Below, in pieces: positions 33,101 through 42,288 of a DNA stretch of 64,000 bases. This stretch comes from Atribacterota bacterium (lineage in GTDB: Bacteria; Atribacterota; Phoenicimicrobiia; Phoenicimicrobiales; Phoenicimicrobiaceae). The DNA is taken from positions 14,283 to 78,282 of the forward strand of contig JBBRDV010000002.1 in assembly GCA_038203565.1 (NCBI GenBank). The letters are read 5' to 3'. The translations under genes and the position numbers were made by a program. The notes under the pieces were generated by a model. That model did no database searches. It was not told the DNA's origin and saw only the letters and a program-made list of their open reading frames with translations. The number at the start of each line of letters is the position of its first letter. Position 1 is the first letter of the stretch.

Positions 33101-33652
33101 TTCGGGAATACCGTTTTTTTGTAATTCTAAATAAAAATTATCTTTGCCAAAAATATCTAAAAAATCAAGAGCTACTTCTTTTGCTCTCTTAATATCATTC
33201 CCTAAAATACATTGAGAGATTTCTCCTTTTAAGCAGGCAGAAAGAGCAATTAATCCGCCGCTATGTTCTCTTAATACTTCTTTATCAATTCTTGGTTTAT
33301 AATAAAAACCTTCCAGATAAGATAAGGTAACTAACTTTATTAAATTCTTATAACCTTCATTGTTTTTAACCAGTAGTATTATGTGATGGGGAGTTTCTTT
33401 TCTTTGTGAGGATCTGTCAAGCCTGCTCTGCTGGGCAACATACATTTCGCAACCAATAATGGGTTTTACTCCCTGCCTGATAGCTTCTTTGTAAAACTGT
33501 ATAGCTCCATACATAACCCCATGATCAGTAATAGCCAAAGCAGGCATTTTGTGTTTTTTAGCTTGAGCGACTAATTCTGATATTCGGCAGGCTCCATCTA
33601 ACAGGCTATATTCAGTATGTACATGTAGGTGAACAAAGTTTGCGTGCCACAC
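30164..33652 (-). CDS. dnaE: DNA polymerase III alpha subunit
   Basis: PHP domain (HLHVHTEYSLLDG), polymerase core and OB fold. The ORF call to 33784 runs through heptad repeats, so the likely true start is the GTG at 33652 behind the AGGGGG RBS. Confidence 0.9.
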   Translation of the reverse strand: MWHANFVHLHVHTEYSLLDGACRISELVAQAKKHKMPALAITDHGVMYGAIQFYKEAIRQGVKPIIGCEMYVAQQSRLDRSSQRKETPHHIILLVKNNEGYKNLIKLVTLSYLEGFYYKPRIDKEVLREHSGGLIALSACLKGEISQCILGNDIKRAKEVALDFLDIFGKDNFYLELQKNGIPEQEIVNENLIQISQELSIPLVASNDIHYINKEDARAHEILLCIQTATNLSDSKRLKFATDAFYFNSPEEMNKNFSKVPQAIENTIRIAERCNLEIDFRHAQLPEFKVPPEYNINTYLKELCYKGLNERYPETTKPLEERLEYELSVIKKMEFEPYFLIVWDFVRYAKEKGIMVGPGRGSAAGSLVAYCLNITNIDPIAYGLLFERFLNPERISMPDFDIDFCYERREEVIEYVSKKYGNDKVAQIITFGTMAARAAVRDVGRALGIPYARVDTIAKMIPWELNITIEKALKMESRLKELMESDEDIKKLIETASFLEGLARHASTHAAGIVLSRKPLTDYIPLQKTAEGEICTQYAMAELEELGLLKMDFLGLRTLTVISDALKIIKHTRGEQVDINKIPLDDKKVYKMLSKGNCAGVFQIESEGMRDLVKRLKPENLEDITALLALYRPGPLGSGMIEDFINRKKGIVEIKYPHPRLESILKETYGVIVYQEQVMMIASELAGFTLGQADILRKAMGKKQKEVMEKQRELFIKGAQKNNIKKNTAVEIFDLIAYFAGYGFNKSHSVSYAFISYQTAYLKTHYTLEYMASLLTSIMGNNDKVALYIKECRNMNIEILPPDINQSLVNFTVVGGKAIRFGLAAIKNVGEKAIKSIIDEHKRNSNFTSLLDFCQRVDLRVVNKRVIESLIKCGAFDSIGAKRSQLLAVLDVTLKSGQEYQKSKGNGQTSIFDLFEENNPDKNSGNYQDRLPDISEFSKNELLAMEKEMLGLYISYHPLNDYREKLKKIITSTSIELTNLSDKSRVVLAGVINNLKIKSTKNGNLMAFITLEDLEGTVEIIAFPKVYEKCKEMIKKDEIIITEGHIDVAEGKTKIIAEKISLLEKYVENKRPTPKTEEKNQNLAEELHLEISTGENESDLLRKLKELFYGYPGKSQVILHFKGKDKTILHAIDKKYSVNLGDKFMEEIRGVLGDEKIWKEKC

Positions 33653-33678
33653 GATAAAACCCCCTAGTCTACATCTTG

Positions 33679-33716
33679 TATCGAGTAAGAACAGTATATA
33701 GTATCGAGTATATATT
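33679..33716. repeat. Heptad-type repeats gtatcgagtaagaacagtatatagtatcgagtatat
   Basis: Seen directly. A second array, tactatatactcgataatatatactcgatactga, lies at 33831-33864. Confidence 0.8.
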
Positions 33717-33870
33717 AAAAACAAAGAATACTTTATATAAATTTGGATTATAATTTTTGTATTATTTTTACTGTCATTCGACAAATATATTTTATCTTTT
33801 CAGTCATTCTTCTCTTTGCTTTTCTCTCTTTACTATATACTCGATAATATATACTCGATACTGATTCTGT

Positions 33871-34926
33871 TTATTTGAAAAATACCTGTGCCAGTTTCCA
33901 CCATTTTTTATCTACCAATTTAAGTTTGCTTACCGCTTCTTCTAAAGGTACTCCTATTACTTCACTGCCTTTAAGGGCGGCCATATAACCAAATTTTCCT
34001 TGAGCAATCAGATCTACGGCAGTAACTCCACACCTAAGACCTAAAATACGGTCGAAAAGTGTAGGAGAACCCCCTCTTTGAATATGACCTATCACTGCAT
34101 GGCGAGCTTCAATGCCGGTATTCTTTTTAATTAAATCAGCCAAAAGATTTCCCACTCCCCTATCCCGTAATATCATATGCCCAAAGTGGTCCAAGCTTTC
34201 CTTCTCGATATCTATGCCAGGAAGAGTTACTCCTTCCGATATAACCACAGAAGCATACTTGTTCTTTTTATAGACTTCTTTTAAATGCAAACACATCTTC
34301 TTTATATCTGTTTTTTCTTCAGGAATAAGGGTCCAATCTGCGCCAGAAGCCATACCGGTAAATAAAGCTACCCAACCGGCATGTCTTCCCATTACTTCTA
34401 AAACCATTATTCTGCGATGAGAGCGTCCACTATCTTGAAGGCTTCGCATCGCCTCAATTGCCCGGGTGACTGAACTATCGAAACCAAAAGTGTAATCTGT
34501 CCCGCTAAGATCATTATCCATAGTCTTAGGAGCACCAACCAACTTAACATTTTCCTCTTTAAATAATTTATTAGCTACACCTAAAGTATCTTCCCCGCCA
34601 ATAGCTATCACCGCATCTAATTTAAACTTTTTTATTGAGTCAAGAACCTGTTTAATGCCATTATCTATTTTATAAGGATTTAATCTTGAAGTCCCTAAAA
34701 CAGTACCTCCCCTATCAACTATTTCCTTTACTTCACTTAAAGATAGGGGGCTTATATTTTCCTTTATCAATCCCTTCCATCCTTCTTGAATGCCATAGAC
34801 TTCATAATTATAATCCTGAGCCCGGTATACTGCTCCCCTGATAGTCGGATTTAATCCGGAACAATCTCCTCCCCCGGTTAAAATGCCTACTCTTTTAATC
34901 ATATTTATCAAGCCTTTCCGCAACAA
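33871..34926 (-). CDS. pfkA: 6-phosphofructokinase, possibly pyrophosphate-dependent
   Basis: GGDCS and GGEDT..PKTMDND motifs. A Lys at the position of Gly124 in E. coli PfkA is characteristic of PPi-PFKs (inference). Confidence 0.85.
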   Translation of the reverse strand: MLRKGLINMIKRVGILTGGGDCSGLNPTIRGAVYRAQDYNYEVYGIQEGWKGLIKENISPLSLSEVKEIVDRGGTVLGTSRLNPYKIDNGIKQVLDSIKKFKLDAVIAIGGEDTLGVANKLFKEENVKLVGAPKTMDNDLSGTDYTFGFDSSVTRAIEAMRSLQDSGRSHRRIMVLEVMGRHAGWVALFTGMASGADWTLIPEEKTDIKKMCLHLKEVYKKNKYASVVISEGVTLPGIDIEKESLDHFGHMILRDRGVGNLLADLIKKNTGIEARHAVIGHIQRGGSPTLFDRILGLRCGVTAVDLIAQGKFGYMAALKGSEVIGVPLEEAVSKLKLVDKKWWKLAQVFFK

Positions 34927-35774
34927 CCAAAGACTCTCATTCTATCACGAATAATTTCTTTGGCTGCATCTTTTGCCGGTCCCAATATTTTGCGAGGGTC
35001 TATTTGATTTGGGTTTTCCTCAAATATCTCTTTCATCTTTTTTGTAAAAATCATTCTGATGAGAGTATCTATATTTATCTTGCATATTCCTGCGGCAATA
35101 CCTTTTCTGACCTCATCATCATTCGCCCCGGAGGCACCATGTAAAACCAAAGGAACTGCAGTTAATTCTCTTATTCTCTCGATACGAGGGATATCTAACT
35201 TTGCAAAAGGAGTACGACATCCATGAATTGTCCCCACGGCTGCAGCAAGAGAATCAATTCCGGTCAACTCTACGAATTTTGCAGCTTCCTCTGGAACAGC
35301 CATACTCTCTTTTACTTTCTCCAAAGCAACCCCGGGTTCATCACTATCTCCCATAGTACCTATCTGACCCAATTCTGCTTCTACCGGAATTTCAACGGTA
35401 TGAGCCATCTCTACTACTTTTTTAGTCATATCAACATTTTCATTAAATGGTAATTTTGAACCATCAAACATTAAAGAGGTAAATCCTGCTCTTAAACATT
35501 TTATATTTTGGTAATAATCTGTACCGTGATCTAAATGTAAAGCTATTGGTACTTTTACTTTTTCAGCCATGACTTTAACCATAGCTACAATAGTTTCTAA
35601 CCCCGCATATTTTATAGCTCCCTGAGAAGCTTGCAAAATCACCGGCGCTTTTTCTTCCTCGGCAGTTTCAATTATAGCCTGAATAATCTCCATATTATTG
35701 GCATTAAATGCACCAATACCGTATCTTCCTTTCTGAGCATCTTTTAACATTTCTTTAGTAGTTACAAAAGTCAT
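34908..35774 (-). CDS. fba: Fructose-bisphosphate aldolase, class II
   Basis: HLDHG zinc ligand motif and a class II FBA N-terminus; 288 aa. Confidence 0.9.
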   Translation of the reverse strand: MTFVTTKEMLKDAQKGRYGIGAFNANNMEIIQAIIETAEEEKAPVILQASQGAIKYAGLETIVAMVKVMAEKVKVPIALHLDHGTDYYQNIKCLRAGFTSLMFDGSKLPFNENVDMTKKVVEMAHTVEIPVEAELGQIGTMGDSDEPGVALEKVKESMAVPEEAAKFVELTGIDSLAAAVGTIHGCRTPFAKLDIPRIERIRELTAVPLVLHGASGANDDEVRKGIAAGICKINIDTLIRMIFTKKMKEIFEENPNQIDPRKILGPAKDAAKEIIRDRMRVFGCCGKA

Positions 35775-35941
35775 CTTTTTCTCCTTTCGTCATTATATTA
35801 TTTATTTTAGATTTAATTATCTATAAATATTATCTTTTTCTAAATCAATTTGATAGTTTCTAATTTTTAACTATTATAACTGGTTTAATTTTTCATTTCA
35901 AGCAAGTTTATTAATAAATAAATGACATAAATGTAATAAAT

Positions 35942-35970
35942 TTGTGAATAATCCGAATTAATGGTATAGT
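35942..35970 (+). promoter_or_regulatory. Candidate promoter for hflKC: TTGTGA-17-TATAGT
   Basis: Hexamers with 17-bp spacing about 40 nt upstream of the hflK AGGAGG RBS. Confidence 0.35.
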
Positions 35971-36006
35971 TTTAACAACAAATATTAATTAAAGGAGGAA
36001 ATTATC

Positions 36007-37026
36007 ATGCCAGATTATTATGATGAAGAGAAAGAGAAGATTATTAATCTTGCTGAAAAAATACCAAAATTAATATTTTCTAAGAAAATATTTGGTATTA
36101 TTTTAGTATTAGTAATTGCTCTCTATCTTGCCAGTGGAATTTTTATAGTTGCCCCTGATGAGCAAGGAGTAGTTAGAAGATTTGGTAAATTTGTCCGCAT
36201 AGAAAGTCCGGGACTTAATTATCATCTACCTTATCCCATAGAAACAGTGGTTACTCCGGCAGTTACTCGGGTAAAAAGAGTGGAAATAGGATTTCGCACT
36301 ATTAGCCCTGGCCCGCCTGTTCGCTATCAGAAACTTCCGGCAGAGGCACTGATGTTAACCGGGGATGAAAATATTGTCAGTGCAGAAGCGATCGTCCAAT
36401 ACAAAATAAAAGACCCGGTTGGTTATCTCTTTAATATTATTTTACCTGAAGAGACAGTCAAAAATGCTGCTGAGGCTGCTTTAAGGCAGGTAATTGGAGA
36501 AAGAAAAATTGATGAAGCGCTTACTGTAGGAAAATATGAAATACAAGAGGGAACAAAAAAACTACTTCAAGATCTTTTAGATTCGTATAAATCAGGAATC
36601 TTCGTAGTGGCAGTTCAGCTACAAGATGTTAACCCTCCTAATGAAGTACAAGAAGCTTTTAAAGATGTAGCCAGCGCCAAAGAAGATAAGAGTAAATATA
36701 TAAATCAAGCTCAAGGATATGAAAACGATCTAATTCCAAAAGCTCGCGGAGAAGCAGTACAAATAACTAAAGAAGCTGAAGGTTATAAGATTGAGAGAAT
36801 AAAAAAAGCAGAGGGTGATGTTGCCAAATTCAATAGTATTTTAACCGAATATAAAAAAGGCGAGTATATAACTCAAGCTCGCCTCTATCTGGAAACTATG
36901 GAAGAAATTTTACCGAATATGAATAAAGTAATCGTCGATTTAAAAGAAAATCAATCTTTAATAAATTTATTGCCCTTAGGTGATACAAGTATCTTAACTG
37001 CTCCTTCCAAGGAGGTGGCCAAGTAA
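36007..37026 (+). CDS. hflK: FtsH protease modulator HflK (SPFH/band 7)
   Basis: N-terminal TM segment plus an SPFH domain, with the start/stop overlapping hflC. Confidence 0.75.
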   Translation: MPDYYDEEKEKIINLAEKIPKLIFSKKIFGIILVLVIALYLASGIFIVAPDEQGVVRRFGKFVRIESPGLNYHLPYPIETVVTPAVTRVKRVEIGFRTISPGPPVRYQKLPAEALMLTGDENIVSAEAIVQYKIKDPVGYLFNIILPEETVKNAAEAALRQVIGERKIDEALTVGKYEIQEGTKKLLQDLLDSYKSGIFVVAVQLQDVNPPNEVQEAFKDVASAKEDKSKYINQAQGYENDLIPKARGEAVQITKEAEGYKIERIKKAEGDVAKFNSILTEYKKGEYITQARLYLETMEEILPNMNKVIVDLKENQSLINLLPLGDTSILTAPSKEVAK

Positions 37027-37877
37027 TGAAAAAAGGAACGCTACTAATAATACTTATTGTTGTAATCTTATTCTTAGCTAATTTAAGTTTGTTTATTGTT
37101 GACGAAACTAAACAAGCAATCGTTTTACAATTTGGTAAACCAATAAGAGCAATTAAAGAGCCCGGTCTAAACTGGAAAGTTCCCTTCATTCAAAATGTAG
37201 TATTTTTTGAAGACCGACTGTTAGTTTACGATGCTGCCCCGACCGAAATCATTACTAAAGACAAAAAGACTCTGATTGTGGATAATTATGCTCGTTGGAA
37301 AATCATCGATCCTTTAGAATTCTTACAAACGGTTCATGATTTAATTGGCGCTCAGGCAAGATTGGATGATATCATTTATTCCGAATTAAGAGTGGATTTA
37401 GGTTTGTTTGACATGAGCGAAATAGTCTCGGAAAGAAGAGAAGGCATTATGAAAAGAGTCACCGAGATAAGCAATGAGAAAGCTAATACCTATGGAATAG
37501 AGATTATAGATGTAAGGATTAAACGGGTAGACTTACCACCAGAAAATGAAAAATATATCTTTGATAGAATGAAAGCTGAACGAGAACGAATTGCCAAGCA
37601 ATATCGAGCAGAAGGGCAGGAAGAATCGGCTAAAATTATTGCAGAAACCGAAAGAGAGAAAACAGTTATTTTAGCGGAAGCTTATAAGACTGCTCAAACT
37701 TTAAAAGGTGAAGGAGAAGCAGAGGCTATCAAAATCTATGCTGAGAGTTTTAATCAAGATCCTGAATTCTATAAATTTTACAGAACTCTAGAAGCTTATA
37801 GGAAAACATTTATAGACAAAACTACTGTCTTGCTTTCTACTGATTCTGATTTTTTAAAATACTTGAGTAAACCCTGA
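37026..37877 (+). CDS. hflC: FtsH protease modulator HflC (SPFH/band 7)
   Basis: N-terminal TM segment plus an SPFH domain, overlapping the hflK stop. Confidence 0.75.
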   Translation: MKKGTLLIILIVVILFLANLSLFIVDETKQAIVLQFGKPIRAIKEPGLNWKVPFIQNVVFFEDRLLVYDAAPTEIITKDKKTLIVDNYARWKIIDPLEFLQTVHDLIGAQARLDDIIYSELRVDLGLFDMSEIVSERREGIMKRVTEISNEKANTYGIEIIDVRIKRVDLPPENEKYIFDRMKAERERIAKQYRAEGQEESAKIIAETEREKTVILAEAYKTAQTLKGEGEAEAIKIYAESFNQDPEFYKFYRTLEAYRKTFIDKTTVLLSTDSDFLKYLSKP

Positions 37878-37880
37878 AAG

Positions 37881-38036
37881 CTCGTATCCAGTATCGAATA
37901 TCCGGTATATAGTATAGAGTAAAGAGAAAAAATAAATAAAAGAATAACTAAAAACTTCTAAAATTTAAGAATCTTACAAATTTGCCTCAGTTATTCACTC
38001 GATACTTGATACTGGATACTGGATACTCGATACTGA
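37881..38036. repeat. Two heptad arrays flanking an AT-rich spacer: ctcgtatccagtatcgaatatccggtatatagtatagagt, and ttattcact-(NGATACT)x5
   Basis: cgatacttgatactggatactggatactcgatactgac is seen directly, between convergent hflC and the fusion gene. Confidence 0.85.
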
Positions 38037-38041
38037 CTATA

Positions 38042-39691
38042 TCAATATTCTAATTCAGGATCTATTCTACTTTCTGGTTCTTCCCCGTAATAAATCTTCA
38101 CTATATCATCAAAAACAGACTTTATATTTTCTTCTAATGCTCTATCAGTATAGCCTGCGGTATGAGGACTCATCACTACATTATCTAATTTATTAAAATC
38201 ATATTTACTGGGTAGTACTTCTCTCTGTTCCGAAGAAGGATATTGATACCAGGTATCTATTGCTGCTCCAGTAAGATTACCTTCTTTTAAAGATTTAAAT
38301 AAAGCTTCCTCGTCTATTACCACTCCTCGGGAAATATTTATAAGATATTTTCCCTTCATTAACTTTAGCTCTTTCTTTCCAATTAATCCCTTGGTTTCCT
38401 TAGTCAGGGGAACAGCTACCACAATAAAATTTGATTCCTTAATCACTTTTTCTAAATCTTTTTTTTCTCCTAAAAATTCCAAAATATTTTTCTTTTTTAA
38501 ATCCTTCTCCTCTATCTTCCTTTTTAAAGCAAACACTTTCATGCCTAAGGTATGACCAATTTTAGCAATCTCCCATCCAATTGAACCCAAACCTATTATT
38601 CCTAAACTTTTACCCTGAAGTTGAACCGTAGGTTCTTTGACAGTAAAGCCATGCCACCTACCCAATCTCAAATCTCTGTCGTTACGAACAATATTTTTAG
38701 CTAAAGCTAAAATAAGAGCGAAGGCATGTTCAGCAACTGCAAACTTATTGGCATGGATATTACAAATAAATATGTCTGGGTAATTTTTATATAAGCTAAA
38801 ATCTAATTTATCTACCCCTGCAAAAGGAATTTGAATTAATTTTAATTTCTTAGCCTGTTCAAGGTCTTCTTTACTGAAATTTTCTCCTATCACCGCTTCA
38901 ACATCTTTGAGGTATTTTTTAATAGTTTCTCTTTCATCCTTTTTAGGTATAATAAACTCTAAATTAAGTTTTGCTTTTTTATTTAATTCATTAAATGCCT
39001 TCTCCCATACTTGAGGTTTCACCATCTTGCTTAATATCAATATTTTCATCTTTGGCCTGCTCTTGGTCTCTCTTTTTCTTCCCGATTCTTGTAAAAAGTT
39101 CCGAACTGCCATTATATGTTTACACTCGAGTTTTAATTTTCGAGCTCTTCTTAAAAAATCTATACATTCGCACTGAGGGATATTTATATCAACCTTATAA
39201 TATTTTCCCGGCTTTGAACTACTTACTAAAAAATAATCATTTTTTTGTTCTACCTTTAAATCTTTAGCAGACTGTTCCCTCTTGCTTATTTCTTCTTCAG
39301 TCAGAGCTCTTTTAGCTAAGCCATCAGCCATGGTGTTGTCATCTCTTCTATTCCAGATGAAATATACTTTCCCTGGAATGGTTCGAATGATCTCTTCAAC
39401 CCGATTAAATAGTGGAATTATTCCCTTATTTTTAACTTTGTATTTTTTATTTAACTGCTTAACCAATAGTTGGCTATCACAATATATATCTATCCTCTCA
39501 GGGTTTATTTCTTTTACCTCTTCCAACCCTCTAATTAAGGCTTTATATTCAGCAATATTATTTGTTCCATAACCGATAGCTTCACTTATTTTTTTAAACA
39601 ATTCTCCATCTTTATAAATCACTATACCAATTGCCATATTCCCTGGGTTGGGGTAACAGGCGCCATCTACTTTTATTAATATCTTAGACAT
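38042..39691 (-). CDS. Three-domain fusion: RNase HI-like domain + SWIM zinc finger + D-isomer-specific 2-hydroxyacid dehydrogenase
   Basis: Residues 1-135 carry the RNase H DEDD residues (VDGAC, AEYKAL, CDSQ, ADGLA). Residues ~170-195 carry CEC-x14-CKH (SWIM). Residues ~210-549 carry the NAD fold GIIGLGSIGWEIA plus the catalytic NISRG, IDEEAL and SPHTAG. It is one uninterrupted 549-aa ORF. Confidence 0.6.
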   Translation of the reverse strand: MSKILIKVDGACYPNPGNMAIGIVIYKDGELFKKISEAIGYGTNNIAEYKALIRGLEEVKEINPERIDIYCDSQLLVKQLNKKYKVKNKGIIPLFNRVEEIIRTIPGKVYFIWNRRDDNTMADGLAKRALTEEEISKREQSAKDLKVEQKNDYFLVSSSKPGKYYKVDINIPQCECIDFLRRARKLKLECKHIMAVRNFLQESGRKRETKSRPKMKILILSKMVKPQVWEKAFNELNKKAKLNLEFIIPKKDERETIKKYLKDVEAVIGENFSKEDLEQAKKLKLIQIPFAGVDKLDFSLYKNYPDIFICNIHANKFAVAEHAFALILALAKNIVRNDRDLRLGRWHGFTVKEPTVQLQGKSLGIIGLGSIGWEIAKIGHTLGMKVFALKRKIEEKDLKKKNILEFLGEKKDLEKVIKESNFIVVAVPLTKETKGLIGKKELKLMKGKYLINISRGVVIDEEALFKSLKEGNLTGAAIDTWYQYPSSEQREVLPSKYDFNKLDNVVMSPHTAGYTDRALEENIKSVFDDIVKIYYGEEPESRIDPELEY

Positions 39692-39910
39692 AATTAGCCA
39701 CTTCCTTAGATTTAAAAATTGTCTTTACCAACTTGCCTCCGCCCATAACTCCAATAATAATCTTTCTGATAATAATCCCCTTCTCTCTCTTTAAATTTAA
39801 TATAATTATTATAAGTTACAAAAAATGTGGCATAACTCCTCTTTTTGTAGTAAAATATTAATGTCAATATTATATATTAAAATATTTTTTTTGTCATGTT
39901 GATTAATTAC

Positions 39911-39940
39911 AGTATCAAGTATATAGTATCGAGTATCGAG
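39911..39940. repeat. Heptad-type repeats agtatcaagtatatagtatcgagtatcgag in the divergent promoter region
   Basis: Seen directly. Confidence 0.8.
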
Positions 39941-40035
39941 CTAAGAGATAAAAACATCGGATTAGCTATAAATTATATATAAATTATTTTTTGGAAAAAG
40001 AATTAAATATTTTTTCGAATTAAGTAGGAGTAAAA

Positions 40036-40770
40036 ATGAATATAGATGAAAAAATAAGGTATGCTTTTGAACATACTGAAATATTAAGAAGACCTAAACA
40101 ACTAATATCTACTTTTGGTTCCTCGGTAATTCATTATTATGTTCTAACTGAACCGGTATATTCTGAATTTACCAAAGATAATTTAGAAACTGTAGTTAGG
40201 GAGGGAAAAGTTAGCTGGTATCAACCTAAATTACTTACTCCTTCTTATATGTTTAGAATAGAAGGGTTTAGCGGAGAAGCTAAAAAGGCTTTTGAAATAC
40301 TGGCCAGCCAATATCCTGATTTAGCAGGAATTCTTTATAAATTTAAGGTTAACAAAGAACTTGATGAAATGAATTTCGTTTCCGGTCCTTTGTTAACCGT
40401 AGCAGAAAATATTAACCATGAGATTGATAAAAAGGGAGATACCCTTTGTGCCGTTATTAAGGGTATAGCTGGTCTATGGGACGTATCTCTTTCGAAGTTT
40501 ATTTTAGATATGATGGTTAGAAGTGTTTATACAGCTCAGGTACCTGATTTTAGAAAAAGAGGGTTTATAGGCGTAAACCAGATTGGTCAAGCTATTATCT
40601 CTAAAGATAGATATGGTGTCCCGCTAGCTGCCCGAGAAGAAATAGAAATATTATTTAAATTAGTAGAAAAAGGAGAATTGGAGCCGGTTGAATTAAAAGA
40701 AGAACTGGATAATTGGGGATTATTCGAACATTATCAGGATAAATTTTTTAATCTCTTTAAAAAGAGGTAA
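40036..40770 (+). CDS. Hypothetical protein (244 aa), no recognisable domain
   Basis: Good RBS (TAGGAG) and clean ORF. No motif recognised. Confidence 0.5.
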   Translation: MNIDEKIRYAFEHTEILRRPKQLISTFGSSVIHYYVLTEPVYSEFTKDNLETVVREGKVSWYQPKLLTPSYMFRIEGFSGEAKKAFEILASQYPDLAGILYKFKVNKELDEMNFVSGPLLTVAENINHEIDKKGDTLCAVIKGIAGLWDVSLSKFILDMMVRSVYTAQVPDFRKRGFIGVNQIGQAIISKDRYGVPLAAREEIEILFKLVEKGELEPVELKEELDNWGLFEHYQDKFFNLFKKR

Positions 40771-40839
40771 TAAAATAACTAAAATAAAAATTTCATTAAA
40801 AATTGTTATGAAAAAACTTTTTTGGTCTTCAACACCCAA

Positions 40840-42288
40840 TTATTTCCTTATCCTCTGTTTTATAGTATCAAAGACAAAATCGGGTTTTGCCCTTCCTTTA
40901 GTATAACGCATAACCTGGCCTACTAAATAGTGTAAAGCTTTTTCTTTTCCTTCATTAAAATCTTCTACCGACCTGGGGTTTTCCTTAATCACCCTATCCA
41001 TTACTTCAAATAATGCATTTTTGTCAGTAATCTGAGTAATTCCGCTTTCTTTCACGATTTTAGAGGCATCTTTCCCGGTCTTAAACATCTTTTCAAAGAT
41101 GCCTTTGGCCATCTTACCACTAACTATTCCCTCATCAATTAATTTCAACATCCCAACTAATTTTTCCGGAGAAATAGGAGAATCTTCTATCTCTACTTTA
41201 TTTTCATTTAAATAACGTATTAATTCTCCCATAATCCAATTACTTAAAACTTTACTATTGGAATATAAGGAAGCAGCCTTTTCGTAAAAATCACCCAATG
41301 CTTTGCTCGAAGTTAATATCTCGGCATCATATTCGGGAATTTGATAATTTTTGATGAACCGCTCTCTTCTTGCTTCAGGTAATTCAGGAAGATTTCTCCT
41401 GATCTTATCAACCATTTTTAAATCTACTTTAAGAGGCAGGAGATCCGGTTCGGGGAAATAACGATAATCATGAGCTTCTTCTTTGCTTCGCATTGAGATA
41501 GTAACACTCTTTGATTCATCCCAGTGCCTGGTTTCCTGAATTATCTCTATTCCCTCAGCCAAGAGCTTCTTTTGGCGGTCCACCTCAAATTGCAAGGCTT
41601 TTTTGACTGCCTTAAACGAATTCATATTCTTTATTTCTGCCTTGGTACCTAAAGTACTGGATTTCGCATCTCTAAGTGAAACATTGGCATCGCAACGCAT
41701 CGATCCTTCTTCCATATTTCCATCACATACTCCTAAATGCTGAACTATACTTCTTAATTTTACCAAGAATATTCGAGCTTCTTCGGGAGAACGAAAATCA
41801 GGTTCGGTTACAATCTCTGCTAGAGGAATTCCGCAACGATTATAATCTACCAGAGAGTAAGATGAGGAAGCAATATCCCCTTCATGAACTAGTTTACCGG
41901 CATCTTCCTCTGTATGAACCCGGGTAATTCCAATCCTGTGTTTTTCTTTGCTTTCGGGGAACAAAATCTCCATATATCCATTTATCCCTAAAGGAATATC
42001 ATATTGAGATATCTGATAAGCTTTGGGTAAATCGGGATAAAAATAATTTTTACGGTGAAATTTGCTTACCTGATTAATTTCACAATTTAAAGCCACTGCT
42101 GTTCTTATGGCAAATTCTAATGCTTTTTTATTAAGTACGGGAAGTGAACCGGGCAAACCCAAACACACCGGACAGGTATTGGTATTGGGTTCTTTTCCAA
42201 TGTAATCAGTGCTGCAATGACAGAACATTTTTGCTTTAGTCATTAATTGGATATGAATCTCTAGACCGATTACTACTTCTTTTTTCAT
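40840..42288 (-). CDS. gatB: Asp/Glu-tRNA amidotransferase subunit B
   Basis: GLEIHIQL...CHCS N-terminus; 482 aa. Confidence 0.95.
   Translation of the reverse strand: MKKEVVIGLEIHIQLMTKAKMFCHCSTDYIGKEPNTNTCPVCLGLPGSLPVLNKKALEFAIRTAVALNCEINQVSKFHRKNYFYPDLPKAYQISQYDIPLGINGYMEILFPESKEKHRIGITRVHTEEDAGKLVHEGDIASSSYSLVDYNRCGIPLAEIVTEPDFRSPEEARIFLVKLRSIVQHLGVCDGNMEEGSMRCDANVSLRDAKSSTLGTKAEIKNMNSFKAVKKALQFEVDRQKKLLAEGIEIIQETRHWDESKSVTISMRSKEEAHDYRYFPEPDLLPLKVDLKMVDKIRRNLPELPEARRERFIKNYQIPEYDAEILTSSKALGDFYEKAASLYSNSKVLSNWIMGELIRYLNENKVEIEDSPISPEKLVGMLKLIDEGIVSGKMAKGIFEKMFKTGKDASKIVKESGITQITDKNALFEVMDRVIKENPRSVEDFNEGKEKALHYLVGQVMRYTKGRAKPDFVFDTIKQRIRK

Noticed and set aside
33653-33784. 44-aa N-terminal extension of dnaE in the ORF call
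   Set aside because: The extension is translated from heptad repeats (gtatcgagtaagaacagtatatagtatcgag). A GTG with an AGGGGG RBS at 33652 gives a canonical PHP-domain N-terminus.
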